64,000 nt of DNA from Ignavibacteriales bacterium (lineage in GTDB: Bacteria; Bacteroidota; Ignavibacteria; Ignavibacteriales; Ignavibacteriaceae): assembly GCA_003538625.1 (NCBI GenBank), contig DPRR01000014.1:24945-88944 (forward strand), read 5' to 3'. The position numbers and the translations under genes were made by a program. The stretch's first letter is position 1, and each line of letters opens with the position of its first letter. The notes under the pieces were generated by a model, which was not told the DNA's origin, made no database searches, and saw only the letters and a list, made by a program, of their open reading frames with translations. Positions 34,926 through 45,013 of this stretch are shown one piece after another.

Positions 34926-37900
34926 TTATTTCAAAAGCATTAATTTTTTTGTCGAAACAAAACTGCCGCTGCTTAATCTGTAAAAATAAATTCCGCTTGA
35001 TAAACCGCCGGCATTCCAATAAGCACTGTGATAACCTGCATTCATTTCCTCATCAACCAGAGTTGTAACAAGATTACCAAGTATATCATAGATTTGTAAA
35101 GTAACATGATTTTTTTCGGGCATTTGAAAATCTATTCTGGTGCTAGGATTAAATGGATTAGGATAATTTTGATCTAAACCATATTGAGTTGGAATATTTG
35201 TGACTTCTTCATCACCAGCCTCTTTTTTAAGGTTAGCGCCCATCATATTTTGAGCAAACTTCCATGCATTAGTTAAATGGTTAAAGATATACACATAATT
35301 ATTTTGTTTAGATTCATCTATCGCTTTGCCTAGCTCAGAATTAGCACTTTGCAGAAGCTGATCGCAATTAGAAACAACGCAAGCTCCCGGCATCTGCGCA
35401 TCATCTCTGGCAAGTACTGCAATTTTATATCCACCTTCAATCAAATATTCCAATGCTGCATCAATTCTGTTTCCAAAGTTTAAGTTGCTTTCGTAAGCAT
35501 AAATATTATTAACAGCTGTTGTCAGATTAGAATAAAAGCTTAAACCTTTACTCACTTTCAACCGATTACCATCATTGTTCTGGAAATAACCTAATGCAGT
35601 AGTTAATAATGATATAGCACCAGTAATATTTCTCTTAGTGTTATTATCTAAACTGCAATTATTATTTGATGGACAATATTGTGACATTATAGCTGATAAT
35701 TCATTTATAGCTTTTTGAATTAAAGCTTTCCCTGTCAATTCAGTAGGATTAATATATGGTGAAATATAAAATGAATGTTCTGTAGTAATCAGATACTGAC
35801 TGTTGTTTGTATTACCATTTTGAACATTATCAGATGCTATTACACTTATATCATAATTCCCTAATAACGTTGTTTGCAGAGCAATCGTGTACAGGCCATT
35901 TCCAACAGGTGTCAATCTTCCTACCACCGTTTGACCGTCTGGAGATGTCATTTGAACACCTATTAATGCATCATCAACCGCCTGCCCTACAGTTTTTGTG
36001 TGATCGCTAAGTCCGCTTGTTTCACCACCCTGAAATAACTTTGCTTCAAGATGAACTGTTACCGGAATAGGGTTTCCATTCTGATCATACTGTAAATAAT
36101 AGCGCTCCTGATCTGTTTTAAATTCTAGTACCAGATCCGATCTGTTTGCCATATACACTCTTAAAGGCTCAGGATCAAGCGGAGGAATATTTTCTATGAT
36201 AGCATATTTCCATGCGCCTATACCAGGATTGTTTACCCTGAAAAATTTATAAGGTTCACCATATAATGAAGTTCCATTTAATAACTCTACTTCATAATTG
36301 GATAAAGTATAATTATCCTGAGTTATAGCCCCTGCAGGAAGATTTGGAGGATCAGTGATATTCACACCCGGAGGCAACAGAACTAATGAGTATTCACTGC
36401 CCTGCCATGATAATCCCATATCAAGAGTTCCTCCTTGCCATGATAGTCCACCTTGCCATGAAAGTCCGCCAGCAAACAATGCACTGTTTATTTCTTCCGA
36501 CAGATATGAAATTTGCAAACCTAATAATCTCAACCAGATTATATTTACAGCGGTTGGGATTTCAGTGGAACTTGCCATTTCATAATATTCACCCTTTGTT
36601 TTATTGGCAAGCCAGCTCATTAAATCCTGCCCATCTTGCAATCCTTCAAAACCCATCGTATATATTTTAATGTTTGGGTCCAGTGTTAAATTAGTTATTG
36701 AAGTAATTGGAGAAACCTCACCAGCACTAAATAATATAATTAGTTTTTTGTTATTTGATTGTCCGGATAATAATTGTTCTGCAGCTAAAATGCGTTCAGC
36801 AAGAGTGCCGTTTGTATTGGGCTGTAAATTCTGCAGTGATGAAATTATCTGGTTAAAATTATCTCCAATAGGAACAACCTGATTACTTCCGTTGACCCAA
36901 CCAATCTTATCACCTATTCTTAATTTCGTTACCAGTTCCATTGCAGCATTTTGAGATGGGGTAAAACCATTCAATACGTCGGATGAAGTAAAATTAGTTG
37001 TGCCATCAAATACCAAAACTATATCATAATAAACATCACCTAAGTGACTGTATATATAATTTATTCCTCCAACATCATATTTATCAATCTGTAACTGGTT
37101 TGAAGAATTGTATGCAGGATGCAAAGTATTTTTATAAGTTTCACCATTATCAATTCTTCCAAACATTGTAGCAAGCTGATTATTATTTTTCATTCGTAGC
37201 GTATAATTAAAATCGCCAGGATTATAGAGATCTGCTAATCCTGAGTAGTGACCAATTTCGTGAGTAGCTGTGTTTTGTACATCAAGTTTATCAGATGATC
37301 CATCAGTAGCCCATTGAAAATGATTTCCGGTAGTAAGCGAAATCGGATCACCATTAAATGCAATATCAATATCAATCATCTCTCCGTTTAATGCGTTGTA
37401 TCTTACTCTTGTTACCGCTATAACATTTGTAGGAGCTTCTGTAGAATCTACCCAAGCACTTGAAGTCGGCATCCACACAACATTATTAAGCCCGTCCGCA
37501 TTGCCTCCCCACTTTTCGGAATTAGCAAAAAACTTTCTGGTATATTCCAACTGCTGCAGATCACTCCAGGTATTAAATCCATTTTGAATCTCATCATCAT
37601 AACCTTTTGTAACAACTGATTGTGCAATCTGATATGTACCTTTACCATCTTTCCAATGCAATGGTATACCTGCAAGAGTGGTGTTTACAATATAATGATC
37701 GCCTTCATCAGTTGCGCGTTGAATTGAAGCTGAGAATTCCGAAGTGCTTAATGGATTGCCGCTGTTATTTAAAACTGTTGCTGTTGCACTAACAACTTCT
37801 CCATCCACCAATACAACATCCTTTAAATTAGCCAGAAAGTCAGATCCACCTGCTATATCGGTTGTAACGTCAACTTCACCCAAATATCGTTTACCCTCAC

Positions 37901-39596
37901 GATTAATAGAGTTATCATTTGCATAGAACTGAATTTTATAATTTTTTCCTGGTACGCTTTGCAAAGTACCTTGAATAGCAGTGCCGCCTTTAATATCAGG
38001 CAATGCTGTTTCATCCTGCCAGGTATAAAGAGTATTTAGTGTAGGATAAGTTTGTGAGTCGTTTGTTAATGAGTTTAATTTAATTCCTAATACCGAGTTG
38101 CTGTAAATTGAATTATTTAAAATTGAATTACCATTCCCGGACTGCACAAAAATACCAGAAGCCCCATTATTAAATACTTTTTGATTTCTGATGTTATTGT
38201 TATTTCCATTAATTACAATTCCATTGTTAGGATTATTTGCAATTATATTTTCTGTCGTCAATGAAAAATTAGAAGAATTAAATAATATACCAGCTGTTGC
38301 ATTTCCGGAAATAGTATTATTTGATAAAACACTATTGCCAGCAAACGCTGAAATCTCAACACCTGCGCTAGTTGAATTAATTAAAGAATTATTTGAAATA
38401 TTATTGTTTGGTGAATTTATTTTTATTCCTGTTATTTGGTTGTTAACTATGTTGTTTCCTCCCAAATTAGTTAGAGTTAAACCATAACCCGAAGTACTGT
38501 TTATAGCAAGTCCTCGCATTGTACTCCCACTTCCACTTATATCAATTCCAGCTAATCCGCCAATAACCTGGACTAAAGGCGACCCAATGTAACCTTTCTG
38601 GGATGTAGCGTCTAAAAGCACTGATTCTGTAATGGATGGTAATGAAGTTAATGGTTGAATTACCGGCGAAGTATCGGTTATATAGAAATATATTGTTTGT
38701 TGCCCTGCAAGTGCATTCGCTTCCTGAACTGCAGATCTTAAAGTAACTTTTCCATTTAAAGATACAGCAGAGCCATCACCAACTATGGAATCAGCATCAT
38801 CAGCCGCCGATGTTACTACAAAGAATGGTATATTTTTGCTAGGTACTATCTGATTAATATCAACTATTCTCAAATGATTTTTCTTGGTTGATAAATCATT
38901 AAGCAGATTGCCGGCACTTATTGCTGTAAAAGACCACTGACCGACTGAGTACTGTGAAAGTGATGATGGGAATGGTTCTGCAGGATTTCCATTTCCTCCG
39001 GAACTATTAATATTGTTATCGCCTAAAGCTATGTTAAAAATTCTTACTTCATCTATCAAACCTTTAAAAGCACCTTCTGATGATTTTCCAATAAATAATC
39101 CCTGCCCGCCAGTATATCCTGGTGTTAATGTATACGGAATACTTTGAATAAGATTTCCACCACTATAAATTTTTAGAGTTGTACCATCATAAGATCCTGT
39201 AAGGCTTATCCAGGTAAAAGCGGGAAATTCCTGTGTGCTCAAAATAGGACTATTACCGACTGAAAAATATCCTTTATTGTCTTTTACATAAAGTGAAAAT
39301 GTTGTTCCGCCCTGAACTGCACGATAAACAATCGGCATTTTTACACCTGGATTATCTCCGATCAGATAAACCCACGCCTGAACTGTAATTTTATTATTTG
39401 CTGCATTACTGTTAAAAAATTTAAAACCGTCTTGATTCGCATCGCTATTGGCAGGTGCATTATCATAAACATAAAGCTGACTTGTTGTACCATTAAAAAC
39501 AAAAGCATTATTATTCCCACCCTGTGCAAATGAAATACTGCTTAATGCAGTTAGAGAAAGTAAAATAAAAGTAAAAATATTTTTTGAAATTTTCAT
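34926..39596 (-). CDS. Giant T9SS-secreted multidomain protein: LamG, parallel beta-helix, metzincin-like protease, vWA-like, T9SS C-terminal sorting domain
   Basis: 1556 aa with a signal peptide. LamG-type ...GLIDEVRIFNIAL, then TLRSAVQEANA and NNxISGN beta-helix repeats. HEIGHYSGLAD lies at aa 779-789 (nt 37230..37262), followed by a vWA-like segment (VLVFDGTTN...LIILFSAGE). The C-terminus YPNPFNPSTRIDFQMP...GIYFYRLSSGSFVSTKKLMLLK is a classic Por/T9SS tail. Confidence 0.8.
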   Translation of the reverse strand: MKISKNIFTFILLSLTALSSISFAQGGNNNAFVFNGTTSQLYVYDNAPANSDANQDGFKFFNSNAANNKITVQAWVYLIGDNPGVKMPIVYRAVQGGTTFSLYVKDNKGYFSVGNSPILSTQEFPAFTWISLTGSYDGTTLKIYSGGNLIQSIPYTLTPGYTGGQGLFIGKSSEGAFKGLIDEVRIFNIALGDNNINSSGGNGNPAEPFPSSLSQYSVGQWSFTAISAGNLLNDLSTKKNHLRIVDINQIVPSKNIPFFVVTSAADDADSIVGDGSAVSLNGKVTLRSAVQEANALAGQQTIYFYITDTSPVIQPLTSLPSITESVLLDATSQKGYIGSPLVQVIGGLAGIDISGSGSTMRGLAINSTSGYGLTLTNLGGNNIVNNQITGIKINSPNNNISNNSLINSTSAGVEISAFAGNSVLSNNTISGNATAGILFNSSNFSLTTENIIANNPNNGIVINGNNNNIRNQKVFNNGASGIFVQSGNGNSILNNSIYSNSVLGIKLNSLTNDSQTYPTLNTLYTWQDETALPDIKGGTAIQGTLQSVPGKNYKIQFYANDNSINREGKRYLGEVDVTTDIAGGSDFLANLKDVVLVDGEVVSATATVLNNSGNPLSTSEFSASIQRATDEGDHYIVNTTLAGIPLHWKDGKGTYQIAQSVVTKGYDDEIQNGFNTWSDLQQLEYTRKFFANSEKWGGNADGLNNVVWMPTSSAWVDSTEAPTNVIAVTRVRYNALNGEMIDIDIAFNGDPISLTTGNHFQWATDGSSDKLDVQNTATHEIGHYSGLADLYNPGDFNYTLRMKNNNQLATMFGRIDNGETYKNTLHPAYNSSNQLQIDKYDVGGINYIYSHLGDVYYDIVLVFDGTTNFTSSDVLNGFTPSQNAAMELVTKLRIGDKIGWVNGSNQVVPIGDNFNQIISSLQNLQPNTNGTLAERILAAEQLLSGQSNNKKLIILFSAGEVSPITSITNLTLDPNIKIYTMGFEGLQDGQDLMSWLANKTKGEYYEMASSTEIPTAVNIIWLRLLGLQISYLSEEINSALFAGGLSWQGGLSWQGGTLDMGLSWQGSEYSLVLLPPGVNITDPPNLPAGAITQDNYTLSNYEVELLNGTSLYGEPYKFFRVNNPGIGAWKYAIIENIPPLDPEPLRVYMANRSDLVLEFKTDQERYYLQYDQNGNPIPVTVHLEAKLFQGGETSGLSDHTKTVGQAVDDALIGVQMTSPDGQTVVGRLTPVGNGLYTIALQTTLLGNYDISVIASDNVQNGNTNNSQYLITTEHSFYISPYINPTELTGKALIQKAINELSAIMSQYCPSNNNCSLDNNTKRNITGAISLLTTALGYFQNNDGNRLKVSKGLSFYSNLTTAVNNIYAYESNLNFGNRIDAALEYLIEGGYKIAVLARDDAQMPGACVVSNCDQLLQSANSELGKAIDESKQNNYVYIFNHLTNAWKFAQNMMGANLKKEAGDEEVTNIPTQYGLDQNYPNPFNPSTRIDFQMPEKNHVTLQIYDILGNLVTTLVDEEMNAGYHSAYWNAGGLSSGIYFYRLSSGSFVSTKKLMLLK

Positions 39597-39660
39597 ATTA
39601 TCCTCAACATATATTAATTATTAAAAACTATAGATCCGGAATTGATTATAAAGTTCAACG

Positions 39661-40158
39661 TTACCGTAGCTCAACATAGCTTTTAATTTCTTTTTTAAGA
39701 GTTGATATTTTTTTGTTAAATGATGTTACTTTTTCACCTGTGGCTTTATCTTCATACAATGTAAGTTTACCCTCCTCACCATTTAATACCCGATAGCTTA
39801 AATCCTTATTATCCTTTTTTACAAATAATAAAACCTCTTCATCATTTGTAAATTTTGGCATGTGAGAATAAAGTTCTCCGACATCTCCCACTTCGCCGCC
39901 TAAAGTTTTAACAGATAATGTGTTTTCAGAATAATCTCCCTTCAGATATTCATCTGCCCGCAATGTAACTTCAGTATAAATACGGGATCTGTCTGCATTC
40001 CACGAAGAAGTTTGGTTAATAACTTTTCCAGTTAAGATTACATCAGCGCCATCCGTAAGGGATTTAAGTTCTGACTGAATAGATTGTGACAGCAGTAAAC
40101 CTTGCGTTCCGAAAAAACAGAACGTAAGTAATAGCATTATTCGTGAACGAGTATTCAT
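39661..40158 (-). CDS. Small secreted protein of unknown function
   Basis: 165 aa with a signal peptide (LLLTFCFFGTQGLLLSQS) and a GGAGAG Shine-Dalgarno sequence upstream. No family was recognised. Confidence 0.5.
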   Translation of the reverse strand: MNTRSRIMLLLTFCFFGTQGLLLSQSIQSELKSLTDGADVILTGKVINQTSSWNADRSRIYTEVTLRADEYLKGDYSENTLSVKTLGGEVGDVGELYSHMPKFTNDEEVLLFVKKDNKDLSYRVLNGEEGKLTLYEDKATGEKVTSFNKKISTLKKEIKSYVELR

Positions 40159-40864
40159 AATACATCTCTCCAGGGAATTTATTATTAGTTATTTTCTTAA
40201 TCTTTGATTGTCAAATCATGCTCAATAGATTTGACAATGCCCTCTAAACAGTGAATTAAATATATAAAAAATTATTGACAAATGTTAATGTTAAGCAACT
40301 ATTACGGCTTATCAATTAAGAACTACTTTTTCTATAAATCTAGTTTAAGCGTTACAAAATTAATAGTTAGATAAATATAGTGGTTATGATATTTCTCGCA
40401 ATCATGTGGATTTTTAAAGCAGAAGATTAACTTTTGAATAATTGTTGTTTTGGAGCAATTTGAGTTCTACGTTAGCTCTTAATTTTTCTCATCCAAATCA
40501 CAATTATGAACATTTAATTGATATTAACAAAAATCGATATTAAGCAACACAGTAGTTTTAATTCATTATAATATTCTGACTTACTTGTTATTGAAATAGA
40601 AATTTTTATTTAATAGTAACAATTAAATTACTGTTTACCTTTCGTATTAAGTTAGTTTTAAAATTTTTTTGATAATAGAATTTTTAATGTATTTTAGATA
40701 CAGAATCTATTTGAACAAAAGTCCTTCTTCACTAATTAATAATTATTGTATTTTATCATTAGTTGATAGTGACTTTTGTTCAGATTACGGCAGCCATCAA
40801 AACTTATTAAAAGATTTAAAGAGTACTTATCGATGTTATTCAGAAAAATAATCCTTTCATTGAT

Positions 40865-43800
40865 ATGACGAGAATTGAATTTCACAGGTCGTTATCATTA
40901 TTCACCTCACTAATTTTTATTATTACTTTTTCCGCCTTACCACAAAATCAAAATTTAAAATTTAAATATCTTTCAAGCGATGATGGATTATCTCAAAATT
41001 TTGTTTCTTGTATAATACAAGATCAAAAAGGATTTATGTGGTTTGGAACTAAAGATGGATTAAACAGATATGATGGTCATACTTTTATAGTCTATCAGAA
41101 TGATCCTTTTAACACTAAGACCATTTCAGATAATTTTATAACTTCATTATTTGAAGACAGCCGCGGTTACATTTGGGTTGGGACATTAAATGGCGGTTTA
41201 AATATTTTTGATAGAGAAACAGAAACCTTTCATCGTATTAATTATACTTCAAATGTACCTCACACAAGTAATATTGATGAAGTAAAATCCATTGTGGAAG
41301 ATTCAAAAGGAAATATCTGGTTTGGCACACGGGGCGAAGGGATTTTCAAAATAAGCTTTAAAAGAAAAAATTCTTTTGACATAACCTATGATCAATTTGT
41401 ATCTAATCCCAACGATCGTGGTAGTTTAAGCAGTAATATTGTCTCTACTTTATTTTATGATTCAAAAGGCACATTATGGGTCAGTACTTTAACAGGACTT
41501 GATAGATTTGATTTTGAGACAGAAAAATTTACTCATTATAATATCCAGACTCGAAATCCTAAAGCGCCTCCTAATTTTTTTGATGAAACTGTTTATTCTA
41601 TTTGTGAATCACGCAAGGGAGACTTATGGCTGGGTTCATTAAGTGGTCTGGTAAAATTTAATAGACAAACCGGAAGTTATAAAATTTTTCCTAACCGATA
41701 TGAAATTTTTAGATATGGTTGGGGAAGCGTAGTACAAATTATAGAAGATAATTTTGGGAAATTATGGCTTGCAACTCCGGCTGAACTAATGAGTTTTGAT
41801 CCTGAAAAAATGTCTTATAATTATTTTAGAAATGATCCGTCAAATCTAAATTCAGTTAGTTACAACAGTATATCAAGTTTGTTTATTGATAGAACAGGAA
41901 TACTTTGGGTTGGTACTGCAGGAATGGGAATTAATTTGTACGATCCAAAGGTTAATCGTTTTTCTACTTTTGCTTATCAAAATGACCCTTCTTCCCGGGT
42001 TACAGGATTCAGCGTAAGATCTGTTTTGCAGGAAAATGATGAGATCATCTGGATTAGTACGGATGTACTGTATAAATGGAATAGAAAGAACGGAGAAATA
42101 AAAGACTTTGAAACTGATTCAAACCGGCCCGACGATTTTGGAAATACCGGTCCATGGTCAATGATTAAATCGTATGATGGGATGATATGGACAGCTACAA
42201 CGGAGGGTGTCTTTCGTTACGATCCTTCAAAGGGTAATTCAAGACAATATAAATTCAATCCATCTGATAGTCTTGGGTTACCTCAAAAAGAAGCTTTCAC
42301 TGTTTTTGAAGATCATCAAAAAAATATTTGGGTAGCAACCGAAAATTACTTTTGCAAAATGATTGATATTGATAAAGGCATTTTCAAATCTTTTCGTTAT
42401 CAAACTCCCCTTCCCTATAATCAACGGGTGCGTCCCGTAATTTATCAGGATAATAAAGAACTGTTCTGGATCGGAACAAGAAATGGTCTTTTAGTTTTCG
42501 ATCAAAAAAAGCAGACATTTTTTGCATACAAAAACGATCCTGCTAAACCATATAGTTTGAATAATGATAATATAAATTCGATTTGTCCCGATCCCGTAAA
42601 TCCAGATAACATTCTCTGGCTTGGTACCTCTGGCGGCGGATTAAATAAATTTAATATTGATGAAGGTACTTTTGCTCATATTACTGAAAGCGAAGGACTG
42701 CCTAATAATGTAGTTTATGGAATCTTACCCGATCACAATGGAAATTTATGGCTGAGCACAAATAAAGGGTTATCTAAATTTAATCCGCAGAAAAATATTT
42801 TTAGGAATTATGATGTTCTTGATGGATTACAAAGCAACGAATTTAACACCGGAGCATATTATCTTAGCAAAAATGGAGAGATGTTTTTTGGTGGCATTAA
42901 AGGATTAAATTATTTCTATCCGGATAAAGTAAAAGACAATCAGTTTATTCCGACAATCGTTTTGACTAGATTAAAACTTGGGGACAAAATTATTTCAGTT
43001 AAAAATGATAATTCAATCTTACAAAAAACTATTTCAGAAACTAATAAACTTGTTCTTACTTACGATGAAGATGTTATTACTTTTGAATTTGCTGCACTTG
43101 ATTTTTCAGCGCCCAGAAAAAATCGCTTTGCATACAAGCTGGAAAATTTTAATAAAGATTGGATTTATTCAGGATCGGTAAGATCAGCAACCTTTACACA
43201 TTTGCCGCCGGGTGAATATATTTTTCGGGTTAAAGGAACCAACAATGATGGTGTTTGGAATGAAAATGGTGTTGCACTTGAATTGATAATTACACCACCA
43301 TGGTGGAGCACCTTTTGGGCATATATAATTTATTTGATACTGATACTTTTGGCTCTGTATTATATCCGACGCTATGAATTAAACAGATTAAGACTGAAGA
43401 ATCAGTTAAAACTTGAAAAAGTGGAAACAGACACTTTGCGTAACCTGGATCATCTCAAATCCAGTTTCTTTGCCAATATATCCCACGAATTTAGAACACC
43501 GCTTACATTAATCCTTGGTCAAATTGAAAGTGTAATGTCATCAAACATTGCAACAAAGGAAAAAGGTAAACTTCAGGTTGCAAACCGAAATGCAAGAAGA
43601 TTATTAACATTGATCAATCAAATATTGGATCTATCAAAACTTGAAGCCGGCAGCATGGAACTTAAAGCAGAACAGCATAACATTGTTTCATTTCTCAAAA
43701 GTATTTTCTATTCATTTGAATCGCTTGCAGAATCAAAAAAAATAACTTTAAAGTTTGAATCTGAAATGTCAAATATTCCATTGAAATTTGATCCCGATAA

Positions 43801-45013
43801 AATGGAAAAAATTATCTGCAACCTTATTTCAAATGCTTTAAAGTTTACTTCTGAAAACGGTGAGATTAAAGTTTCTATAAATGTAATTTTAAACAGAGTT
43901 GAAATCATAATTAAAGATACAGGAATTGGAATTCCTAAGGACAGATTACCTCACATATTCGATCGATTTTATCAGGTGGATAGTTCAATCACACGTGAAT
44001 ATGAAGGGACCGGTATTGGATTAGCTTTGACGAAAGAATTGGTTGAACTTCACAAAGGCAGCATTTACGCAAAAAGTAAATTAGGAGAAGGTACCGAATT
44101 TATAATTGATTTTCCGCTAGGAATTTTAAATCCGGATGATAATTTATTAGTTGAAATTAATGATGCAAATAATTCATATACAGATAATAACCAATTGATC
44201 GAATCGAATATTGATTCTAAAATGCCGCTAAGTGATGAGCAGCCGTTGTTAAAAATTGAGCAAAAGGAAATTATTTTAATTGTTGAAGACAATATTGATG
44301 TTCTAAACTACATTAAGGAACAACTTGAAAACGATTACCGAATCATTCAAGCGGCTAATGGTGAAGAAGGATTCACCAGAGCTCAAAACGAAATTCCGGA
44401 TTTGATAATAACGGATGTAATGATGCCTAAGATGGATGGATATCAGCTAAGCAATAAAATCCGTAATGATGAAAAAACAAGTCATATCCCCATAATTATG
44501 TTAACTGCTAAAGCAGGTCTTGATGATAAAATTGAGGGACTTGAAACAGGTATTGATGATTATCTGACTAAACCTTTCAGTTCAAAAGAACTTATGGTAA
44601 GAGTAAGAAATTTAATTTATCAGCGGAAGCAGTTAAGAAAAAAATTCAGTAAGTCCACAATTATAAAGCCTGCAGAAGTTACGGAAGTGTCTGTTGATCG
44701 GGCATTCTTAGAAAAAGTAATTAGTACAATTGAAAAACATTTTTCGGATGAGCAGTTTACTGTAGAAAAACTTTCAGATGAAATGAACATGAGTGTGTCT
44801 CAGTTAAACAGAAAACTGAATGCACTTATTGATCAGCCGCCGGGACAAATGATTAGAACATACCGTTTGCAAAGAGCAGCAGATCTTTTAAAACAAAATG
44901 CCGGAACTGTAGCTGAAATATGTTACAAAGTAGGATTTAATGATCAGGCATATTTTTCTCGTGCGTTTAAAAAAGAGTTCGGATGCAGTCCATCAGAATA
45001 TAAACTAAAATAA
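40865..45013 (+). CDS. Hybrid two-component system sensor (HTCS): propellers, Y_Y_Y, TM, HisKA, HATPase_c, REC, AraC-type HTH
   Basis: 1382 aa with regulator-propeller repeats. YKLENFNKDW...YIFRVKGTNNDGVWN, PPWWSTFWAY plus TM, H-box SHEFRTPLT, and G-boxes DTGIGIP and GTGIGLALTKELV. Receiver LIVEDN...DLIITDVMMPKMDG, and C-terminal AraC HTH (YKVGFNDQAYFSRAFKKEFGCSPSEY). Confidence 0.9.
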   Translation: MTRIEFHRSLSLFTSLIFIITFSALPQNQNLKFKYLSSDDGLSQNFVSCIIQDQKGFMWFGTKDGLNRYDGHTFIVYQNDPFNTKTISDNFITSLFEDSRGYIWVGTLNGGLNIFDRETETFHRINYTSNVPHTSNIDEVKSIVEDSKGNIWFGTRGEGIFKISFKRKNSFDITYDQFVSNPNDRGSLSSNIVSTLFYDSKGTLWVSTLTGLDRFDFETEKFTHYNIQTRNPKAPPNFFDETVYSICESRKGDLWLGSLSGLVKFNRQTGSYKIFPNRYEIFRYGWGSVVQIIEDNFGKLWLATPAELMSFDPEKMSYNYFRNDPSNLNSVSYNSISSLFIDRTGILWVGTAGMGINLYDPKVNRFSTFAYQNDPSSRVTGFSVRSVLQENDEIIWISTDVLYKWNRKNGEIKDFETDSNRPDDFGNTGPWSMIKSYDGMIWTATTEGVFRYDPSKGNSRQYKFNPSDSLGLPQKEAFTVFEDHQKNIWVATENYFCKMIDIDKGIFKSFRYQTPLPYNQRVRPVIYQDNKELFWIGTRNGLLVFDQKKQTFFAYKNDPAKPYSLNNDNINSICPDPVNPDNILWLGTSGGGLNKFNIDEGTFAHITESEGLPNNVVYGILPDHNGNLWLSTNKGLSKFNPQKNIFRNYDVLDGLQSNEFNTGAYYLSKNGEMFFGGIKGLNYFYPDKVKDNQFIPTIVLTRLKLGDKIISVKNDNSILQKTISETNKLVLTYDEDVITFEFAALDFSAPRKNRFAYKLENFNKDWIYSGSVRSATFTHLPPGEYIFRVKGTNNDGVWNENGVALELIITPPWWSTFWAYIIYLILILLALYYIRRYELNRLRLKNQLKLEKVETDTLRNLDHLKSSFFANISHEFRTPLTLILGQIESVMSSNIATKEKGKLQVANRNARRLLTLINQILDLSKLEAGSMELKAEQHNIVSFLKSIFYSFESLAESKKITLKFESEMSNIPLKFDPDKMEKIICNLISNALKFTSENGEIKVSINVILNRVEIIIKDTGIGIPKDRLPHIFDRFYQVDSSITREYEGTGIGLALTKELVELHKGSIYAKSKLGEGTEFIIDFPLGILNPDDNLLVEINDANNSYTDNNQLIESNIDSKMPLSDEQPLLKIEQKEIILIVEDNIDVLNYIKEQLENDYRIIQAANGEEGFTRAQNEIPDLIITDVMMPKMDGYQLSNKIRNDEKTSHIPIIMLTAKAGLDDKIEGLETGIDDYLTKPFSSKELMVRVRNLIYQRKQLRKKFSKSTIIKPAEVTEVSVDRAFLEKVISTIEKHFSDEQFTVEKLSDEMNMSVSQLNRKLNALIDQPPGQMIRTYRLQRAADLLKQNAGTVAEICYKVGFNDQAYFSRAFKKEFGCSPSEYKLK

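Noticed and set aside
14795-39596. Other nested ORFs inside the large sensor, FIST and T9SS genes (e.g. 14795..15205, 16662..16847, 18645..18839, 20645..20854, 21035..21238, 22247..22489, 23115..23512, 24125..24319, 24918..25112, 26865..27071, 28418..28723, 32848..33063, 35807..38487)
   Set aside because: All are alternative-frame or antisense ORFs embedded in long ORFs with clear domain architecture. No supporting signals are present.
40669-40851. 60-aa ORF just upstream of the HTCS start
   Set aside because: It starts at a non-ATG codon in the track, has no Shine-Dalgarno sequence, and translates to an Ile/Asn/Tyr-rich sequence typical of AT-rich intergenic DNA. A leader peptide cannot be excluded, but nothing supports one.
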